The translations under genes and the position numbers were made by a program. Source: Candidatus Margulisiibacteriota bacterium (GTDB lineage Bacteria > Margulisbacteria > WOR-1 > O2-12-FULL-45-9 > XYB2-FULL-48-7). Taken from it: a stretch of 64,000 nt of DNA. Positions 60,326-64,000 of this stretch are shown piece after piece. Below the pieces are notes generated by a model that was not told the origin of the DNA, did no database searches, and worked only from the letters and a program-made list of their open reading frames with translations. The stretch lies in assembly GCA_041650855.1 (NCBI GenBank), contig JBAZKJ010000002.1:69076-133075 (forward strand), read 5' to 3'. Positions within the stretch are counted from its first letter, which is position 1; each line of letters starts with the position of its first letter.

Positions 60326-62151
60326 CAAAATACCCTCACCAGGAAGACCAGCAAGACCAGCGTGGCCAGAATATAAGAAATATACAGGTGGATGCTGCCG
60401 GCCTGGACCCGCTTAAACTGCCGGGCGGCGCGGAGCAATACGCCCAGGCTGGCGTCATAAAGATATTCTTTGAAGATCTTGGTCGTGTAGGTTTCGTAAA
60501 CGAACGATTTGACGTGATAAAAAGAATCTTTGACCTTCTCCGTTTTCCGGAAAGGGAGGAGGAAGAAACTGAAGCTGATCCGGAACGGTTTGGAAAATGC
60601 GGTAGCAGTGTATTCGTTCCGGCTGCCGACCTGGTAATAACCGCAATCCCAGGTCCGGCCGAGCCGGACCCGGTTGCCGGCCGTGAGCCGGTAAACGACC
60701 GCTGCGACGGTCAAGCCGCCGCCCAAAACCAGCGTGATGAACAACGGGGAGATCGCCGGACGACCGAGCGGCGGCAGGCCTAAACTGAAAAGATCGGTGA
60801 TCTGCGGGGTGGCGTGGCAGATCGGTCCGGCGACCCGGGCGATCAGGTTGAACACGGCCGGCGCCAGCAAACCGAGGCCGACCACTGCCGCCGCCAAAAA
60901 GGCCATGCCGAGCTGCATGGAGAAGGGAGATTCTTTGGCTTGCTCGGCCTCCCGGCCGCGCGGCAGCGCCAGAAAAGTGATGCCGAACGCTTTGACGAAA
61001 CAAGCGGCGGCCAGGCCGCTGGTCAGGGCGAGGGCGGCCGCGCCGAGCGCCAGGCCAAAGGCCAGGGTGCCGGGCACTTTGAGCGCGCCGGCGAAGAAAG
61101 TTTGAAGGATCAGCCATTCACTGACAAAGCCGTTCAGCGGCGGGAGCGCGGAAATCCCCATGGCCCCAACAAGGAAAAAAGCGGCGGTCCACGGCATCTT
61201 CTTGATCAATCCGCCCAATTTTTCCATGTCCAGGGTGCCGGTCCCTTTCTGGACGCTGCCGGCGCAGAGGAAGAGGAGCCCTTTGAAAACGGCGTGGTTG
61301 ACCAAGTGGTACAGGCCGGCGATCAGCGCCAGCGCGGCCAAGCTCGCCAAATTCAGGCGGGTAAAGACCATTGCCAGTCCCAGACCGAGCAGGATAATGC
61401 CGATGTTCTCGACGCTGTGATAAGCGAGCAGCCTTTTCAGGTCGTGTTCCATCAAAGCGTAGATCACGCCGACCAGGCAGGAGATCGTCGCCAGGACCAG
61501 GACAGCGACCCCCCACCAGAGCGAACTGATCCCCAGGACCAGAAAAACGAAACGGATCAGGCCGTAGAGCGCCGTTTTGATCATGACGCCGGACATCAGG
61601 CAGGAGATATGGCTGGGCGCCTGGGGGTGCGCGGCGGGGAGCCAGATATGGAGCGGCACGATCCCCGCCTTGGTCCCGAAGCCGATCAGGAAACAAAGGA
61701 ACAATCCGTTGCGGAGCAGGGGGGACATGGTTTGGCAGGCGGCGGCCATGGCGGCGAGATCGAACGAACCGGCGTGCCGGTAGATCAGGAAAATGGCGCC
61801 GGTCAGAAAAGCGGTCCCGCAATGGGTCATGATGATATACAGGGAGGCGGCGTTGACCGCGGCCTCGTTCTCGCTGTCGGTCAGGACCAGCAGGTAGGAA
61901 AGGAGCGTCATCAGTTCCCAGACGATCAGAAAGACCAACGCGTTCCCCGCGACTACCAGCAGCAGCATGGAGCCGATAAAAGCCAGGGTAATAAGCTGGG
62001 TGGTCAGGAGCTTGGCCCGGGTGAATTTCCCCCGCAAATAACCGAGCGAATAGACCAGGGCGGGAACGCTGACCAGGAGAATAACTGTTAGAAAATAGAG
62101 GGCGAGAGGGTCCAGTAATACCAGCGAGCGCAGATCAATAAGTAAGTTCAT
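60325..62151 (-). CDS. Antiporter-like membrane subunit (HyfB-like)
   Basis: WELMT, GFGTKAGIVPLHIWLP.AHP.AP, KRLLAYHSVENIG, LPPLNGFVSEW, WDCGY. Confidence 0.92.
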   Translation of the reverse strand: MNLLIDLRSLVLLDPLALYFLTVILLVSVPALVYSLGYLRGKFTRAKLLTTQLITLAFIGSMLLLVVAGNALVFLIVWELMTLLSYLLVLTDSENEAAVNAASLYIIMTHCGTAFLTGAIFLIYRHAGSFDLAAMAAACQTMSPLLRNGLFLCFLIGFGTKAGIVPLHIWLPAAHPQAPSHISCLMSGVMIKTALYGLIRFVFLVLGISSLWWGVAVLVLATISCLVGVIYALMEHDLKRLLAYHSVENIGIILLGLGLAMVFTRLNLASLAALALIAGLYHLVNHAVFKGLLFLCAGSVQKGTGTLDMEKLGGLIKKMPWTAAFFLVGAMGISALPPLNGFVSEWLILQTFFAGALKVPGTLAFGLALGAAALALTSGLAAACFVKAFGITFLALPRGREAEQAKESPFSMQLGMAFLAAAVVGLGLLAPAVFNLIARVAGPICHATPQITDLFSLGLPPLGRPAISPLFITLVLGGGLTVAAVVYRLTAGNRVRLGRTWDCGYYQVGSRNEYTATAFSKPFRISFSFFLLPFRKTEKVKDSFYHVKSFVYETYTTKIFKEYLYDASLGVLLRAARQFKRVQAGSIHLYISYILATLVLLVFLVRVF

Positions 62152-62173
62152 TTTGTCGTTTATTTCACCGCAA

Positions 62174-62189
62174 TGCTATAATTATAACA
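62174..62189. promoter_or_regulatory. Overlapping divergent extended -10 promoters (Ehr operon / lipid kinase)
   Basis: TGCTATAATTATAACA: plus strand TG-C-TATAAT, minus strand TG-T-TATAAT. Confidence 0.62.
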
Positions 62190-62190
62190 T

Positions 62191-63090
62191 ATGCGGTCTT
62201 ACTTCATCGTTAATCCGCGTTCGGCGAACGGCAAGACCGCCCAGAGATGGCCTGCCATTAAACAAGCGTTCGAGTCCTCCCTCGGCCCGCTCGATTTTGC
62301 CCTGACCGAGGCGAAGGGCCACGCTACCAAGCTGGCGTTGACCGCTCAGGCGAACGGCTTTGAGAAGATCGTCGCCGTCGGCGGCGACGGCACCCTGCAC
62401 GAAGTCCTCAACGGTTTGAGCGAAAGAGCGGTCCTCGGTTACTATCCGAGCGGGACCGGCCAGGATTTTTCCCAGACGATGGGAATCGCCGGACGATCGC
62501 TGGCCGACCATGTCCAGCGGATCTTAAAGGGGGAGCAGCAGCGGATCGACGTCGGCCTGGTTACTTACCGCTCGCCCGAAGGGGGCCAGGCCGCCCGCAA
62601 GTTCATCAACGTTTCCAGCCTCGGTTTTTCCGCCCACGTGGTCCAGCGGGTCAACCGCTCTTCCAAGCGGCTGGGCGGCAAAGCGACCTTTATCCTCGGC
62701 GTCCTCCGGTCGCTCCTCTTCCTGAAAAACACCCCGCTCCGGATCGAGGTCGACGGCGCGGAGTTCTTCAGCGGCCGCTCGCTGATCGTCACCATGGCCA
62801 ACGGCCGCTTTTTCGGCGGGAGCATGATGATCGCCCCGCAGGCGGAGGTCGACGACGGGTTGTTCGAGGTCGTGGTGGTCGGCCGGATGGGGCGGATCGA
62901 GGTGTTGCTCAATATCGGCAGCATCTACGCCGGCACGCATTTGACCCATCCCAAGATCAAGGTGACCAGGGGGCGGGCGATCACGATCAGTTCGGCCGAA
63001 ACGGCCTGGGTGGAAGCGGACGGCGAGCTTTTGGGGATGACCGAAGCGAAGTTCCAGATATTACAACAAGCGGTCGCTTTTATCGTTTAG
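62191..63090 (+). CDS. Diacylglycerol kinase family (YegS/DagK-like) lipid kinase
   Basis: IVNP.SA, VGGDGTLHEV.NG, PSGTGQDF, ANGRFFGG, DDGLFEV, EADGE. Confidence 0.92.
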   Translation: MRSYFIVNPRSANGKTAQRWPAIKQAFESSLGPLDFALTEAKGHATKLALTAQANGFEKIVAVGGDGTLHEVLNGLSERAVLGYYPSGTGQDFSQTMGIAGRSLADHVQRILKGEQQRIDVGLVTYRSPEGGQAARKFINVSSLGFSAHVVQRVNRSSKRLGGKATFILGVLRSLLFLKNTPLRIEVDGAEFFSGRSLIVTMANGRFFGGSMMIAPQAEVDDGLFEVVVVGRMGRIEVLLNIGSIYAGTHLTHPKIKVTRGRAITISSAETAWVEADGELLGMTEAKFQILQQAVAFIV

Positions 63091-63684
63091 TTATTCGGCC
63101 GGTTCTTCGTCGCGGAGCGCTTTTTTCAGCTTGAGCGTGGCGTCTTTGCAGATGCGGGAAACCTGCGATTCCGACAGGCCGATCTCCTTGCCGATCTGCT
63201 TAAAGGTCTTGTCTTTCTGATAGTAGTTCTCGATAACCGATCTTTCCTTGGCCGAGAAGTCTTCCATCGCCGAGTCGACGTGCAGCAGTTTGTCGACCTC
63301 TTCGTGGACGATCTCTTTCCGGTTGAACGCCATGTAGACGTTCGCCGCGCTGGTGATGAACTCGTAGAGGCCGGCGACCGGGTCGGTCCCCCGCTTGCGC
63401 AGGTAATCCTGCATGGAGCCCTTTAACCGGACGGAAACGTACGGCCACAGGTCTCCCTTGCGCGGGTCCCAGGTCTTGAGGCATTCCACAAAGGCGATCT
63501 TGGCTTCCGATTCCAGGTCGTGCGCCTCGGAGCTGGCGATGTGCCGGGGGAGGGTGGAAACGTACCAGCGGACGGTCGAATTGATCTGGTCCTTGTATTT
63601 TTCCAGTGTTTCAGAGCTGTATTTGACGAACTGTTCGCGCAGAATGGAGACGATCCGGTCCTCTACCTCTTTGCGGGTCGTCAT
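63091..63684 (-). CDS. FliA/WhiG-like sigma factor with only regions 2 and 4
   Basis: DLESE.K.AFVE....WDPRKG....Y...R.KG.M.DYLR (region 2); KER.VI..YY....TFKQIG..IGLSESQVSRI (region 4). Confidence 0.8.
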   Translation of the reverse strand: MTTRKEVEDRIVSILREQFVKYSSETLEKYKDQINSTVRWYVSTLPRHIASSEAHDLESEAKIAFVECLKTWDPRKGDLWPYVSVRLKGSMQDYLRKRGTDPVAGLYEFITSAANVYMAFNRKEIVHEEVDKLLHVDSAMEDFSAKERSVIENYYQKDKTFKQIGKEIGLSESQVSRICKDATLKLKKALRDEEPAE

Positions 63685-63893
63685 GAGAACCTCTTGGCGA
63701 GATTTTTGAGGAATTCCTGGGTCTTATTGTTTCCCAGCTCTTTGCTGAAGCGCTCGGCCATGTCGTGGGCGAATTTCCATGACGCTCGGAGGATGGGGGA
63801 GATGCCGGCGGGCGGCGCGGAGGCGGCCCCTTCGACGCCGGGCCGCCCGATCTTTCTCAGCTCTTTGTGCTGGTCGACTCTTCTAATGCTCAC
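63681..63893 (-). CDS. Small hypothetical protein coupled to the sigma gene
   Basis: ATGA overlap with the sigma start; GTG start overlaps an upstream TGA. Confidence 0.55.
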   Translation of the reverse strand: MSIRRVDQHKELRKIGRPGVEGAASAPPAGISPILRASWKFAHDMAERFSKELGNNKTQEFLKNLAKRFS

Positions 63894-64000
63894 GGTTTCT
63901 TTTTAATGTAGAGACTGGCCATGGCCAGGGTCTGGCGCCGGAGCTCCGGGTTGGTCACGATCGCTTCCGCCAGAGTGTCCACCATTTTAGCAAAGCCGGG
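63890..64000 (-). CDS. 3' end of a hypothetical protein (truncated by window edge)
   Basis: Open frame PGFAKMVDTLAEAIVTNPELRRQTLAMASLYIKKKP* ends in a GTGA overlap with the next gene. Confidence 0.4.
   Translation of the reverse strand, partial: PGFAKMVDTLAEAIVTNPELRRQTLAMASLYIKKKP

Overview
This 64 kb window is gene-dense, GC-rich core chromosome from a diderm, probably anaerobic bacterium. The SLH-domain beta-barrel porins, Rnf and an Ehr complex resemble Margulisbacteria/Saganbacteria-type Terrabacteria; this placement is inference only. Contents: two SLH-porins around cstA; birA-aroH-aroF; hflX; a type IV pilus locus (receiver, pilB, pilC, two internally duplicated membrane paralogs, major pilin); recJ-purD-rdgB; tRNA-Arg(UCG); homospermidine synthase-ornithine decarboxylase-ygiQ; proS; a pur cluster with two tandem purF genes; tsaC; mtaD-mtnP; rpmE-prfA-prmC; a complete bio cluster; rnfCDGEAB; pyrK-pyrD-tatD; a tRNA cluster; a six-gene Ehr complex without NiFe ligands; a lipid kinase; and a FliA-like sigma factor lacking region 3. 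I saw no transposase, integrase, prophage or CRISPR array. Four observations stand out. (1) A tRNA-Val(GAC) gene is split in its anticodon arm by two hairpin inserts, and the larger insert carries a complete, identical second tRNA-Val. (2) At least 11 short period-7 tandem-repeat patches of several sequence families lie in-frame inside genes, mostly housekeeping ones. (3) A 26-bp hairpin of CACNAAG units holds the tsaC SD and start codon in its loop. (4) Many genes appear leaderless, with interlocked divergent extended -10 promoters. All coordinates and counts were done by hand.
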